A DNA stretch of 63,933 bases, counting the filler, from Rhabdomonas costata (lineage: Eukaryota), in assembly GCA_019059605.1 (NCBI GenBank). It is 31 parts of 31 records of this genome, joined end to end, with 100 filler letters (N's around TTAATTAATTAA, not from the genome) between each part and the next. Parts side by side here need not be neighbours in the genome. Positions count along the whole stretch, not along the records: positions 24,819 to 26,783 come from JAHMHO010006912.1; positions 26,884 to 28,848 come from JAHMHO010006913.1; positions 28,949 to 30,913 come from JAHMHO010006914.1; positions 31,014 to 32,977 come from JAHMHO010006915.1; positions 33,078 to 35,041 come from JAHMHO010006916.1; positions 35,142 to 37,105 come from JAHMHO010006917.1; positions 37,206 to 39,170 come from JAHMHO010006918.1; 24 more parts are not named here. One strand, 5' to 3'. Shown in pieces: positions 26,403 to 39,270 of this stretch (within the stretch, counting starts at the first letter, position 1; the number at the start of each line of letters is the position of its first letter). Below the pieces are notes generated by a model. It was not told the DNA's origin, made no database searches, and worked only from the letters and a program-made list of their open reading frames with translations. A program made the translations under genes and the position numbers.

Positions 26403-27411
26403 CTGGTGGATATTTTGATGTCCAAACTCAAAATACAAAAAGTATTGGGTGAAAAACAACTGATAATAACTGAGATGAAGCATGGCACTTCGGTAATGTG
26501 TTTGACTAACCTTCCACCTTATTTTATGATTTGATTTGATTTTTCTCAACAGCGCCAAACTGAACACCAAAAACAAAACATCATATGAGGCCTCATATGC
26601 ATGTATGCATGTAGTTTGTTCAGTTCAAATTATGGCCCGCGTCACCTCAAAAAGAAGGAAAGAAGTGAGAAAACAAACGCGAAAAATAAGACATGCAAAT
26701 TCTCTCATGTGAGACTCTGAAAGAGCGCAAGTTGTGTGTTGGACCCTTGCACAGCCCACCCTATGACCCTTCAAATCACAACANNNNNNNNNNNNNNNNN
26801 NNNNNNNNNNNNNNNNNNNNNNNNNNNTTAATTAATTAANNNNNNNNNNNNNNNNNNNNNNNNNNNNNNNNNNNNNNNNNNNNAACATCTTCTATCTTGA
26901 CTCAGGAGATAGGTGCATTATCTTCTGTTATGTTCCAATACATGGACCAGACGTTCGCGCTGTACGGTATGTACGGTATGCACTGCAAATGGTGAGAGGG
27001 GGAGGGGGTCCCGAAAATGCACCAGCGCTAATATTTTCGTCCGCCTGCACCCCGGCGGCCACAGCAGTGCCAGTATTGACCTTCCCATATGGTGAAGGAG
27101 ACGAGAGAGTGGGAAGCCCTCCACACATCATACCAGGCAGGAGAGCAACATGTTCGTGACGCGGTCGGAGTGCCGCATGCTGTCCCGGCCTCGTACAGAA
27201 CCAATACTGAGGTTACCAACGCGTATACACGGCACGGAACAGTGCAAGGGACGCGTAAACAGATCATTGACCCCTTCCCCCCCTGAAAACATAAATTTAC
27301 ATGCCCAGAGCTCGCCTTATCTGCACTTCCACCAGCACAAGAGCCTCCTGACTCAAATATTCCAACCTTTACCCAGGGAACAAAGCAACCAAGTTATCCC
27401 CCCGCATATGC

Positions 27412-28782
27412 CTGTCGATCTCATCGAAGATGACGCAGTGCAGCTCCGAGCGATCCCCGCACACTGCGCAAAACAAAATCCCACGTTACCATAAGAGCTG
27501 GGGTGCCGCGCTTCGCACAAGCTCATCACTGGAGTTAGAAACCTTCAGAGCTGCATCCACCAAGAAGCAGAGCACTGTACAAGCCTGGTCCAGGACCTGG
27601 AAGGAATCATTTCTAACTCGCCCCCACAAACCGTTTTGAGACTACCCGCTTTGCCGCATCTCAATAGGGTCGGCATACTGCGACTCAGCGGGGGCGACGA
27701 GCATACTCGTGTTGGTACCCTTTCTCCAGCTGGCAAGTGCCAGCAGAATTCTTGTGTTAGTGACCAAGCTAACTTTAGAGAAGGTGGTGAAGATGCAAAA
27801 GAAGTTGGGTGCGCAGAGAACGAAAGCAGCACACATACATCTCCAGTCGGAAATGGCTGGGGCGAAAAGCTTCTTGATGTTCTTTTCGCTCTGAAAAACA
27901 CATATACACAGACAAGACCACATACATTAGGCTGCAGAAGGCTTCAATACCCACAACGTGACAACATACAAACTTCGAGGATGCCTAAGGGGGGTGGACA
28001 TGGGATTGTAATATGTGCACTCAATCGGTTGCCGTCCACCTGCAAACAGGACATGAGAGGTGTGCCAGCCATCTTTTTTACGTTGTGCGGTGCCCCATTT
28101 TCATGTTCAAGGATGACGATGAGATTGCTGCCTCTCTCACCTCCTTCGGACTGCCCTTAGTCTTCAGTCCATGCCATTTGGAGTGAGTTGGATTTCCAGA
28201 ACATGGGAGCATCACAAGAAGCTGCAGTGTGGATGGAGCAAAAAAAAACGTCGTCAAAAAACGGTGAAGCAAGCGGGGAAAGTCAGCACCTCGCCAGACC
28301 ACATGGACTCCACCTCGCTGCCGTTAACCACGACGACATTCCTTCGGGGAACCTGCAGCAACTCTGCCAGGCACCGCGCCAGCACGGTCTTCCCTACAAA
28401 CGGGAGGCGAAACCCCGAGAACGCGAACGAAGATACACCGACACCTGAAACTGACGTGCGGCGCTAACAGCCAATTGAAACAAATTCCTTCGCTGAGGTC
28501 TCAAAAGTCATCCATCAGGCAATGCATTGAACCTGGATTATCACCGCGCGTTTTTCACCTTCTTCGCATATGGAGATGCTTTGTTTCAACCCGTAAAAAT
28601 AACCGTCACCAGCGTTCATGTAGGTGCATAACAGCACTGAAGTGCATAAAGAAGGAACCAACAACCGGGCCTCCAAATCGCATTGCACACAGAAAAAAAA
28701 CGCACTGACTTACGCGCGCACGCACACCGTTGCCAGGCGGCCCATATAGCAACACGCCCCTGTGGTGCTTCACTCCAAACGC
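27412..28782 (-). CDS. NSF/Sec18-like AAA+ ATPase, D1 domain, partial
   Basis: Exons 28782-28728, 28393-28290, 27890-27839 and 27463-27412 give RGVLLYGPPGNGKTVLAR...VVNGSEVESMWSGESEKNIKKLF...SELHCVIFDEID. Walker A and B are present, with NSF-type VVNG.E and LHxxIFDEID. Confidence 0.9.
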
Positions 28783-31017
28783 CTTGCGGTCCACAGGAGA
28801 CAGCGCCCGAGAGCGAAGCACATCCCGCAGAAGCCTACCCCCCCCACCNNNNNNNNNNNNNNNNNNNNNNNNNNNNNNNNNNNNNNNNNNNNTTAATTAA
28901 TTAANNNNNNNNNNNNNNNNNNNNNNNNNNNNNNNNNNNNNNNNNNNNGTGTGCGGCTTCTGTTGTGCTATGGATAGTGCGTGGCTGGTGGTGTGTGCAG
29001 GGTTCCTGGTGACTTCGGGGTGTGTGTTGTCGGTGAGCTTGTTGGGTGCTGTGGATTCGAAGCGGTGGGTTGAAGTCGGTGGTGCATATGTCGGATTTGG
29101 CGTTGCTGTGTCTCGGTGGATTTTCCTTGGTGGTGTTGCTCGTAGGTATGTGGGGCCATAGTCTGATTGCTGGGTTGATGTTCCTTTGTGTAGGGTTGCT
29201 GTGTGAAGTGGCTTATCAACGTTTGCTGGTGGGGTTGCGTGGTATCTGTAGTGCTACTGGTGTGGGTTCTGTACTGTGGTGCTTGTGCTTGGCTAATGAT
29301 GCGTTTCCGTGTACGTTGCTGTTTTGGGTGGCAGTGTGTGCTGGGTATTCCTTGGTCTGTGTGATCCCGTGCTGTGGTGTGGCCTTCATTGTGCTTTCGG
29401 GGTTGTGTCTGGTTAGTGGTTTGTGGGTTTGGCATTCGCACTCTCGTCAGGTCCGTGTGGTTAGGTTAGTGTTGCGGTTGTGTGTGTGTGCTTAGTTGTT
29501 GTATCCATGATGTGTCTGCTGCGGGTTCGCTGTGTGGTCTCGAAGTTCTACGGCTTTGCACTCTCAAGTGTGTATTCATGGGTTGGTATCGGGTTGTTTT
29601 GGGGTTCTCGCGTGTACGTGTTCTTCTTCTTCTATGGGTTGTGGTTAGTGTTATGCTGTATCTGTAGGGATAGGTGTCGGAGTCTGTGTCTGTAGCTTAG
29701 GGTGTATGGTTATGATTGTAGCATTTGGTATGTGCTTGCTGTTGGTCTGTCTCACGTTGGTGGTGTTGGTGGTTGTGGTGCCGTGCGCTCGGTCTGTGGT
29801 TGCGGCTGTGTCTGTGCTTAGGTTGTGCTGTAGTGTCATGCGTAGTGGTTTTCATGGAGTCATTGAGTGGTTGTGTTTGGCTAATTGGGTTCTCTGTGGA
29901 GGTTCAGTGGCTGTGCTGTGCTTGTAGTGGAGTGGTGCTGTGCTTGTGTGTGCTTTTCCTCTTGTTGTGTGTTGAAGGGTCGATTCATGGTGTCGTGCTG
30001 TGTCTGTAGTGCCAGGTTGATGGTTTGATGGTGTTGGCATGGCCGGAGGGTTGGTGGTTGGAGGGTGTTGTTGGCTGTCAGTGAGTCGGAGTGTCTGCGT
30101 CTGAATTGAGGGTTTGCGTCGAAGCGTAATGGTCCATGTTGTGAGTGATGCTTATGACAATCTGAGTGACTCATATGCCAAGCTGCGATTTCTACCAGAT
30201 GCCTCTACCACTACAGTAACGCTAACCCTGCGACAGAGGTGAAGTTGGAGTGTAAGCGTAACCTGATGGCAAAGAAGCGATACATACCCCAAGCTGTTAC
30301 CGTTATTGCGCATATTCCTACACTGATGGTGATTTTTGTGATGCTGGTATTCCTGACGCAACGTGAGAGTTGAGAAGTGAGTAATAGTGACTCAGCATGA
30401 CTCTATACATTCCTACTCCCTACTAAGGATGGCTTCCTCGCTGCGCTCAGACCCATCATTTGTACCTACCATGTAGTTGAAGAACCCGTAACATTAAAAC
30501 TCCATCTAAGCGTAAGGGAGTGTTCTTCGCGTGGCTACGCCAAGGTCGGAGTGAACATTATGGGCCCTGATGTGAGGAAGGGACCATCACGAGAGAGGAG
30601 TGACAATAAATTCTTAACGGATGCCATCCTTCCTTCTATGTTTTCTGTCGATCACGTTCATACTCCGTGGATGTCTCTAACACACATTCCACTACGTACC
30701 CACTACTGTCACTTGTGGTGGTGGAGGGAACTATGAGTGAGCGAAAGCGAACCGTAGAATAGAAGAAGAGTCGTCACATTCGTCATCTTCATTGCCTCGT
30801 GTTACTCTCAAGTACAGTCGTCACACTCGCTCCTCTCACTGCGTTCGATGTCGCTTCTGTTACTCTGACGTCACAATCACACTCGTTACTGCGTTCATCC
30901 GATACCAAACACCNNNNNNNNNNNNNNNNNNNNNNNNNNNNNNNNNNNNNNNNNNNNTTAATTAATTAANNNNNNNNNNNNNNNNNNNNNNNNNNNNNNN
31001 NNNNNNNNNNNNNGGTT

Positions 31018-31164
31018 TTGGGTTGAAGGACAAGAATTGGAAGAAACCGAGGCTTCTGCGGCGCACGATAGGAGTTCCGCCTCGCTGGAACTGGCGTCAC
31101 ACGCAACTGAGGATTCCGAGACAGATGTCACAACGGGACAACAATGCCCGTCAGAGGAAGTCAT
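31018..31164 (-). CDS. N-terminus of the next tandem copy of the dual-specificity phosphatase
   Basis: ATG at 31164 (MTSSDGHCCPVVTSV...). 31018-31139 repeats 32856-32977 with one mismatch. Confidence 0.8.
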
Positions 31165-31825
31165 TTTTGGGTAACTATTTCATTAAAAAGAGGACAATAG
31201 CTAGATGCACAGGGAAGCTTTCCAATCAAAGGCCAAAAAGACAGCCAGGAACGGATCCACCGATCCGAAAAAGTCAAAATTAGTTAGCTCGCTTAAGTCC
31301 ATTCGAAGAGCAGTCCGACCTTTTTACACCGGGAAGGGCTCAAACAAAAATCACGAGGAAAGGAAAGGCACAGCACAACACTTACTTCAGGGGGACCATC
31401 CGACAGCCACAGCAGCAAAAGTAACGAAAGGTGGAAACAGAAACGCCAAGCAAGCAAGCAAGCCAAAAGTGATTAATTGAGCAGCAGACAGCTTCCGCGA
31501 TGTATCTGTGATTTTAATATGCTGGGATGACACCATCCGCAAGAAACGACTCCAAAAATGCGGGACGCCCATCTTCCGAAGGTTCCAGAACGTATCGTTT
31601 GCATTTGTATTTTGAGAAATCTCAGTAATCAACTTCACCATCAAAACCACGGGTATCGGGTAGGGGAGGATAACACCATGCTGACCACAGAAAGCGTAGT
31701 ATCACTGCGCAGGAAACGTGCGCGTGCAGCTTGCCCCCAACACAACGTTCTAGGCAAAGTGCAAATCAGCTGATCCAAACACAGCCGCTCAACAGACAGT
31801 GACAGAGGAAGAGGGTTGCAGAAAG

Positions 31826-32977
31826 TTACAGTGTATGCGACACTGAAGGCGTCAAGGCCGTGGTAGGCTCGGGTTGACCAACCAGAGAACGCTCCTCCTC
31901 ACTGGGCTCCTCCCCGCTTAGATCCACACCAGAGCTACGCAGCTCGCCCTGCAGCCGCACCAAGGCCGCCACAAAGCCCAAGTTGGGCCGCGCCAGCGGG
32001 CGCCTCTCCCGCACAAAAGCCATCGCCTTTGGGAAAGTCCACTGAAAGTGCCGCATCAGGTAGGCCACCGCCAGAGCCACTGAGCGGGAGCGCCCCGCGA
32101 AGCAGTGCAGCAAAACAGCGCCAGCCTCGGAAACTCGGAAGCCCTCGATGAAGTCAAAGACCTCTGGACGAGAAAAAAGTGGCAGCGGATCAGAAGGGCA
32201 ACGTATGAAGAAACAGGAAGCAGAGCTCAAAACACAGCACAGAAACAATGGCGAAGCAACGCACGCGGCCATAAAGACAAATTCCACGGAAGAGAGTCAT
32301 TTGCGACTCCTTCGCTGAGTGAACTTTTTAGTGAAGCGTCTTCTGAAACACGGGCTAACAGGGCAGGCACAGAACACCGATGAACACTTTAATTGCAAGT
32401 GCCGACCTCCTCAACAGGCAGTGCATAAACAGCTAGTTTACAGTTATCAGAAATTGTAGCACAGTGCTAGGACATTTACTTTACTCTCACTTCGATGGCT
32501 GACGGCTTGTGCCAAAGAAGTGACATTGATCCTGGCTGCACGTACACAACAAAACGTTCCAGCCTCCACCCAAGAGAAGCCTTATGATGCCTTCAAAATG
32601 TCGCGAGATGTCGTACGCGGGGTTGTCCGCAATCTCCAGCGCGAGCATCTTAACCCTACCACGCTTCCTTCCCGTCGATGAAGGCGTTACGCAGGCCGAG
32701 ATGACCCCTCTGACCTGAAGCTGCTCCAGCCGCTCTAAGTTTTCCGATGCTCCCAGGCTTCCCAAGTAGAGCAACCGGGGAATTAGACAGACAGGTTCCC
32801 GGTCCAGCCTTGCGCTGAAGTCTCTGGAGAGCAGCTTGGTCAGTTTTACTGATGCTTGGGTTGAAGGACAAGAATTGGAAGAAACCGAGGCTTCTGCGGC
32901 GCACGATAGGAGTTCCGCCTCGCTGGAACTGGCGTCACACACAACTGAGGATTCCGAGACAGATGTCACAACGGGAC
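31826..32977 (-). CDS. dual-specificity protein phosphatase (DSPc)
   Basis: Exons 32977-32591 and 32163-31826 (TAA), GC-AG intron. Motifs LYLGS, IADNP (general acid), VLLHCFAGRSRS, AYLM, RPNLGF. Confidence 0.96.
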
Positions 32978-33666
32978 NNNNNNNNNNNNNNNNNNNNNNN
33001 NNNNNNNNNNNNNNNNNNNNNTTAATTAATTAANNNNNNNNNNNNNNNNNNNNNNNNNNNNNNNNNNNNNNNNNNNNGTGGTGTGGGGAGCGGAGGGCTT
33101 GTCACCATCCTCGGCTTCCATAGCGACTTGCAACGACGGGGTTGCTTTCACAGTGCTCACGCAGGGATGCCTCAGAAGAGTAGACAGCTCACCAGTGACA
33201 AAATTCCCAGTGAAAAAGGGCTTTTGGAGAGAGACGAGCGCGCACAGCAGGATTGCCAGTGTGTGTACAAAAGCAGGCGAGTGGCGATTCCATTGAGGGA
33301 GTGATGTTCATCTGAATGTTAAATGAGCGGTCGTGTGAGTGGGGCTGATGTGTGGACCAAACCCGCAGCAGTTGAAGCAGCCCAAAGTCCAAACAGCACC
33401 AAGCATGTCTCCGTTGAAAAATAAGAAGGTGAGAGGCCAACGTGATACTTTCGGTCCGCTGATACCCGATGAGTATGAACTGCAAATGAACCCAAACTGA
33501 ACTTGAACCAGCCAGGTGTACCCACGCCGCCCCTTTGGTCTCAACAGCTCAAACATACTGTACAAAACAAAACCTGCAGTCAAAATGCTGAAACATGCGA
33601 CATCCCAGTTTTGAGTGATGGCCCTTATAAAACTTAGACTCCAAGTTTGGGTCCTACTACAGAGAC

Positions 33667-34893
33667 TCACCCCAGGAACCTCCAGCCCAATGCCCGCAGC
33701 CTCCGCTTCACCCTCAGCACCCCCTCTCTCGTGCGTTCTGCGCAGATCCCTCGCTCCAGCTCCTTCCACGGAGCCATCACGCCTTGTTTCAGTTCTGGGC
33801 AGGCCTCCATCATCGAGTTCAGCTGCGCCGTGAACCCCGCCTCATCGGCGGTGTGGAAGCAGTACCACCGGAGCGACGGCCGCTGTAGTGCCACCGGGGT
33901 AGCCACGGCCCGAGGAAGGCGGCAGCGCAGCTCGCCTTCCAGCTCGCGAAGCTTCCTCCGCAGCACAATGCGGTAGGCCATGCGGTGGTACGGGACGGAG
34001 GCCTGGGCTCGGGCGACCTTCTTGCGGTACAGGGCAGAGTTCGGACTGGACTCCCAGGCTTTGGCCTCGGCCCACCATCCGAAGAGCGGGCACGGATGTC
34101 GGGAAAGCTCATCACCTTCATTGGGCACGAAAAGAAACGCTACGCACCGATCACATCGCTTGTCGTGGGGAAACTTCCGTAAACAGCACGTGGTGGCATG
34201 AAAATTAAATGCGCACGACATTATAGAAAAAGTGGCGCGTTTTTCATTTTGTCCCTGCAAGTCCATAGGCGGGCCGCTGCCAAGATTCAAGATGCTGAAG
34301 CAAGGACACTGTTATATGCGTGAGGGTGGGACAAACTGATACTTTCATTCCGTCGCTTACAATCAAGGAACATGCGAATGCGGAGTTGGGGGTCATAAAC
34401 GCCCAACGTTGCAGTCCAAAACAAAAAAAAAGACGCAAACCAATTTGCAACAAAAAAACAAGGACAACTAAGTTACAGGGGCCCGAGCTATTGGCGGGAA
34501 TAACTGGCACACCTCAGCTTCGTCTCTCGACATCACATCTCGCAAGCATAGCAGTTCTGGGGAGAGATTCAGCCTCCGAGTCCAAGAAAAAGGGTCCAGC
34601 TTCAACAGTTGTAGCTTCTTCCGGTACCGCTCTGCAGCGGACATCCCCGCCTTGGAAGAAGCCTTGACCCCAAAGTGGAGCTGAAGGTGGGTGCACCAAA
34701 GCTGGTCCTTATGCGCAACCTCGCGAAGCCCACGGCAAGCCGCTCCGGCATTGGACAGGCTGTCTGGGAGGAGGTAAGAGAGGCACTCCTGGAGCATCTC
34801 GGGAGGCAACTGCATCAAGCAAGGGCATCCACGTTGATACAACGAGGTCAGCACATCCAGAGAGCCGCTGGTACAGCACTGCTTCGTTGCCAT
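33667..34893 (-). CDS. F-box protein
   Basis: Exon 34893-34513 contains LMQLPPEMLQECLSYLLPDSLSNAGAACRGLREVAHKDQLW. A long open terminal exon runs ~34066-33667; the acceptor is uncertain. Confidence 0.8.
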
Positions 34894-35173
34894 CCTCGAA
34901 ACCGAAACTGTCTTCTTTTGGGATTGGCAGCGAAGCAGAAAATGCGGTGGACGGTAGAAATCAAAGCCACACGATAAATGCAAGTTTGGGAGCAAATATG
35001 CATTTATCGTGTGGCTTTGATTTCTACCGTCCACCCCACACNNNNNNNNNNNNNNNNNNNNNNNNNNNNNNNNNNNNNNNNNNNNTTAATTAATTAANNN
35101 NNNNNNNNNNNNNNNNNNNNNNNNNNNNNNNNNNNNNNNNNGGGGTGTGTGGGAGTGCCCCGCACACACACAC

Positions 35174-36536
35174 TTCATGGCCTTCTGGTAGTGCTGCTCG
35201 GCCTTGCTAGGGTCCCGCGCAAATCCCTCCTCGGCGCGAAGGTACCAGTCCCCCATGATCACGTTGACGTGGGGGCACCCTGCCAAAAGAATAACCACAG
35301 AGCTTCCAGAACTTCGCGAAGGCTGTACCAGCAACCCGGTGGGTGCAAACCCACTGCTACCAGATCTCTGGAACTGCCAGTCATCATTGCGATCGCCCTT
35401 CAATTGGCACTGGGGACACTATTGCTGCACCACAAAGGCTATTCGACCCTAGGAAAGACGTTGAGACCTTACAAAAATAGCCCCGAAAAAGGCCGGGATG
35501 CAGCTCTAAACTGAAGCATTCTAACCCACTCCGGTGCCAGGGGATATATGTATGCAGGCACTCCTAGGCTTTGCCCCTGTGGTATGCTAAGCAGCAGGCC
35601 CGGCGGATAGCTTAGGCTCAGTTAGATGGCCTGAGAAGGGCCAAAAAGGACGTTAAGGCGTTACGAAGACCGAAAGAAGACGTTGAGACGTTATGGACAC
35701 CCGAAGAATGGTTGAGACGTTACGGAGACCCGAAGAAGACGTTAAAACGTAACAAAACCCCGAAGAAGAGGTTAAGACGTTACGAAGACCCAAAGAAGAC
35801 GTTAGGTGATTAAAGAGAAGAGTGGTTAATGAGGGGAGACCTCGCCTCAGCGCGGCCATGGCCAGCTGGGTGGCCCGCTCTGGGCGAGACATTGCCTTGT
35901 TTGTGGCCTGGTGGCGCCCCAGCTCCCCCCGCATCGCCAGCGCCGCCAGCTGGGAGATCGCCGTGCAGTGGCCCATCTCCGCGGCCTGAGCCAAAAGACA
36001 TCCACACCCATCTCCACTAGGACACGATACATAAGCCTAATGACTGGCGAGGCAGCTTCTGATGAGCACCCGCGGCTGTGTCTGAACACAGCAGTGGAAA
36101 TCTCCATTAAAGTAGGGATGAGATCGTTCCTGCCCAGACGCTGCACACGTTGCTGCACGAGCCCCTGTGCACTATACGCCACACTGTGGGTTCCGTGCTG
36201 GTGCAGGAAGACGCGGGCACGCTTGAGTGAGACGAGACCAAAGAGCAACCACTACAAAAAAATGGTGGAGGGAGACCGCACAAGGGAAGCGGGCCTTTTT
36301 TATCGGGGACTTCTTTTTTTGAATGCTTGGTCAAAGCCAACGACATACGGAAGGGAGTCTTGATCATGACAAACGACATGGCTTCAATCTTCTAGAAAAC
36401 ACAATCGACAACTGAAAGGATGGTGCTTGCAAAGGCTTCGCTTTCAACGTAACACAGGCACACAGCCACCTTTTGGTAGTACTTTGTGGTCAGGGCCAAG
36501 GACTGTGGGAGCCCCAAGTTCCCCAGCTCGTAGTAG
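35174..36536 (-). CDS. Sel1-like repeat protein, partial
   Basis: Exons 36536-36470, 35985-35841 and 35279-35174, GT-AG: YYELGNLGLPQSLALTTKYYQKAAEMGHCTAISQLA...MGDWYLRAEEGFARDPSKAEQHYQKA. Confidence 0.88.
35652..35805 (+). repeat. intronic 30-bp minisatellite, about 5 degenerate copies
   Basis: Consensus approximately GTTAAGACGTTACGAAGACCCGAAGAAGAC. Confidence 0.85.
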
Positions 36537-36681
36537 CTATAACCACATTCACAGCAACAAATGAAATGAAAACAAAGACGAATACATCTTTCTCTTGTTC
36601 CTCCCCCTCCTCCCCTCTCATCAGCCATCACTGTTAGCCTTGCCGTTTGATGCCTAAATAACGTTAGGTGGGGGGCAACCT

Positions 36682-37083
36682 TTACCACTGGTAACGGTTA
36701 CGAGTGGTATCGAATTTTTCTCTTATAAAAAATTGTGGTGCCGGCGGACGAGCAGGACAACATTAGCTTTGGGGCGAAGGCCAGCGACGCAACGCGGAGG
36801 CCAGTCCGCGTCGCGGCCGGAGCGGGCGGCTGGGGCGGGAACGTGACCTTCAGCGGTTTTTGTTATGTTGTCCGCTTCACTTCAAAAGTGATAATTGCCC
36901 ACTATATCATGGCACTTCGGACTTAATTGGTAAAAGAAAAATAAAGGCCGAAAAATAAAAAAAACGAGCTGAATTGACCCTCCCCGCTGCATTGCATTTT
37001 CGATTTCCATTACGCTGTATTGTGAAGGGGGTCATATGCGATCCAAAAGGAAAAATTGTCACAACTGACAACCGTTATCAGTA
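36682..37083. mobile_element. MITE-like dispersed repeat, copy A
   Basis: Starts TTACCACTGGTAACGGTTAC and ends with a degenerate inverse (ACAACCGTTATCAGT). The GC-rich core 36746-36849 is shared with 49780-49863. Confidence 0.6.
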
Positions 37084-39270
37084 CCCCCCCCAAACACACC
37101 CACACNNNNNNNNNNNNNNNNNNNNNNNNNNNNNNNNNNNNNNNNNNNNTTAATTAATTAANNNNNNNNNNNNNNNNNNNNNNNNNNNNNNNNNNNNNNN
37201 NNNNNGGAGGGTTGGTGCGAGGGTCACAGTGTCAGGATGGAGTGTCAGTGTCAGAGCTTGGTGTCATGGTTGTGCGTGAATGTGAAGGTCAATGTCAAGA
37301 GGAGTGTCAAGGTTGTGTGGGGAAGGTGACGGATGGTGGAGTATGTAAGATGCGCGAGGGTTTCGTGTTTGCTTGTGAATGGTGGAGTGGATGGTAGAGG
37401 GTTCGTGTTTCGTGTCTCAGGGTTGTGCGTGGATTTTGTGGAGAGTGGATTTCGTGGAATGGTGCGTGGTTGAAGGTTAGTGGTGCGAGGTGCGTGGCTG
37501 GATGGTAAAGGTGTTGGTAGCGTGGAAGGTCATGGTGTGGATGCGCGGATGGTGGAAGGTGGAGGGTTGCGTCGGTCTTTGCTTTCCATCTTCGGATGTT
37601 GGTCTTGGGTTATGCCTCTGTCTCGGATTCGCGGATGTCCCTCGCTATATCCAATGTTGGAAGGCAAACATCTCCACCGAACCAATGGCAAAAGCTACTC
37701 CAGGGACAACAGCATGTAATGTGCAACAACGACACGCATGGACGAATACCACGACTAGTGATTTGCATGACCAGTACCACACGTGAACATATCCGATGTG
37801 CGAAATTGTTTCATTGGCGTCATCTCCGATAGAGCAGTCTTCAATACAGGCACCAAAGTCTAACCGTACCACGAGTACACATGCGATACCTGGCGTGTTT
37901 TGGCGTCAGATGCAATACCTAATGATGTGTGCTAGGCTATATCGTACACCAGCCCCATGATGATGTTAGGCGTAAGGTGACCGGTGATGCAACGTCACTC
38001 AAACACTACCGCTGCACCCGATCATGGCGTTGGAGGTGAGATGGCTGTCTGCACTGATTTTCACTTGGCACTGGATGTCAGCCTCTCTGAGTCTGGCGCT
38101 CGCATAGTTCGTGGTGAATGATACGGCTATGTGAACAACGTGCAGTTGTGGTTACAGTAACGCTCCGGTCATGCGATGGTCTACCCTAGTGGTACAGTAC
38201 ACACACCAACCAGACCAACTAAATCAGTAGGTAAGACATCCGTATATAATGACCACCATGACCACGTGTAGGAGGATGTTGCTGCGTGTCAGTGGGATGT
38301 TGAGAACCTATGTCATCGATACCTCTCACCCACCGACTACTCCACCACAGAACCACCCCGCAATCCGCACAACGTCATCACCACCACAGACTGAGGGTAA
38401 TGATGACCGTGGAAGCAGAGCGTGTTTAGGATGTGGTGATGGTGTCAGCTGATGTCAGATAAAACATGCCCACCCTGTTACCTGACGCGATGCATTAAGA
38501 GATGAGAGAGATGGCAGCGGCCACAACGTAACCCCAACTCCTAATTCGGCATTACCCACGTTGTTACTCATGCCTACGTGTCAAGTAGTAGTGATGGTGA
38601 ACTGAGAGTGGGAAGGAGTCACTATTTATGGTGTGGAGAGATGGAATGGTTGAGCAAGACCGAGACAACACTACAGGAAAACAGCAGCACCGAGGAAGTT
38701 CAACGTACGTAAATTCACCACCACAATCGCCAAAGTACCAACGTAGCATCACCACCATTTCCTGAAGCGCTAAAACCGTAACCACTACGCATGAACCCGA
38801 GACACGAACCCGAAGCCGAAACCGAAACTGAAAGCGAAACACATTCTACTAAATACTGCTACCTCGTCACTGGAATAGGCGTTGCACCCCCTAAACCATG
38901 GGCATTGCCGTCATACAACATGAGCCTGTGATATACCGAGGGACGTATGCACAAAGGCCAAATCCAGAGACATCCGAAGAGTGAATATCGATAGCAGAGA
39001 CGAAGGCGAAACCTGAACCACGAACTCCGAACTCAAAATCCAAACCCCGAAATCAGAAAACCGAAAACATAAACCAAAACGGAAATTCAAACCCACCATT
39101 AAAACTCACCCACTCAGAATCACTCCACACCACCTGCAACCTCAACCAACCTACGCCATGAACACCCACANNNNNNNNNNNNNNNNNNNNNNNNNNNNNN
39201 NNNNNNNNNNNNNNTTAATTAATTAANNNNNNNNNNNNNNNNNNNNNNNNNNNNNNNNNNNNNNNNNNNN

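Noticed and set aside
34946-35035. Long hairpins: 37-bp arms here; also 41345-41457, 43151-43293, 45273-45360 and 49601-49663
   Set aside because: Each outer arm abuts a contig end next to primer-like sequence, the signature of WGA fold-back chimeras rather than ncRNAs or terminators.
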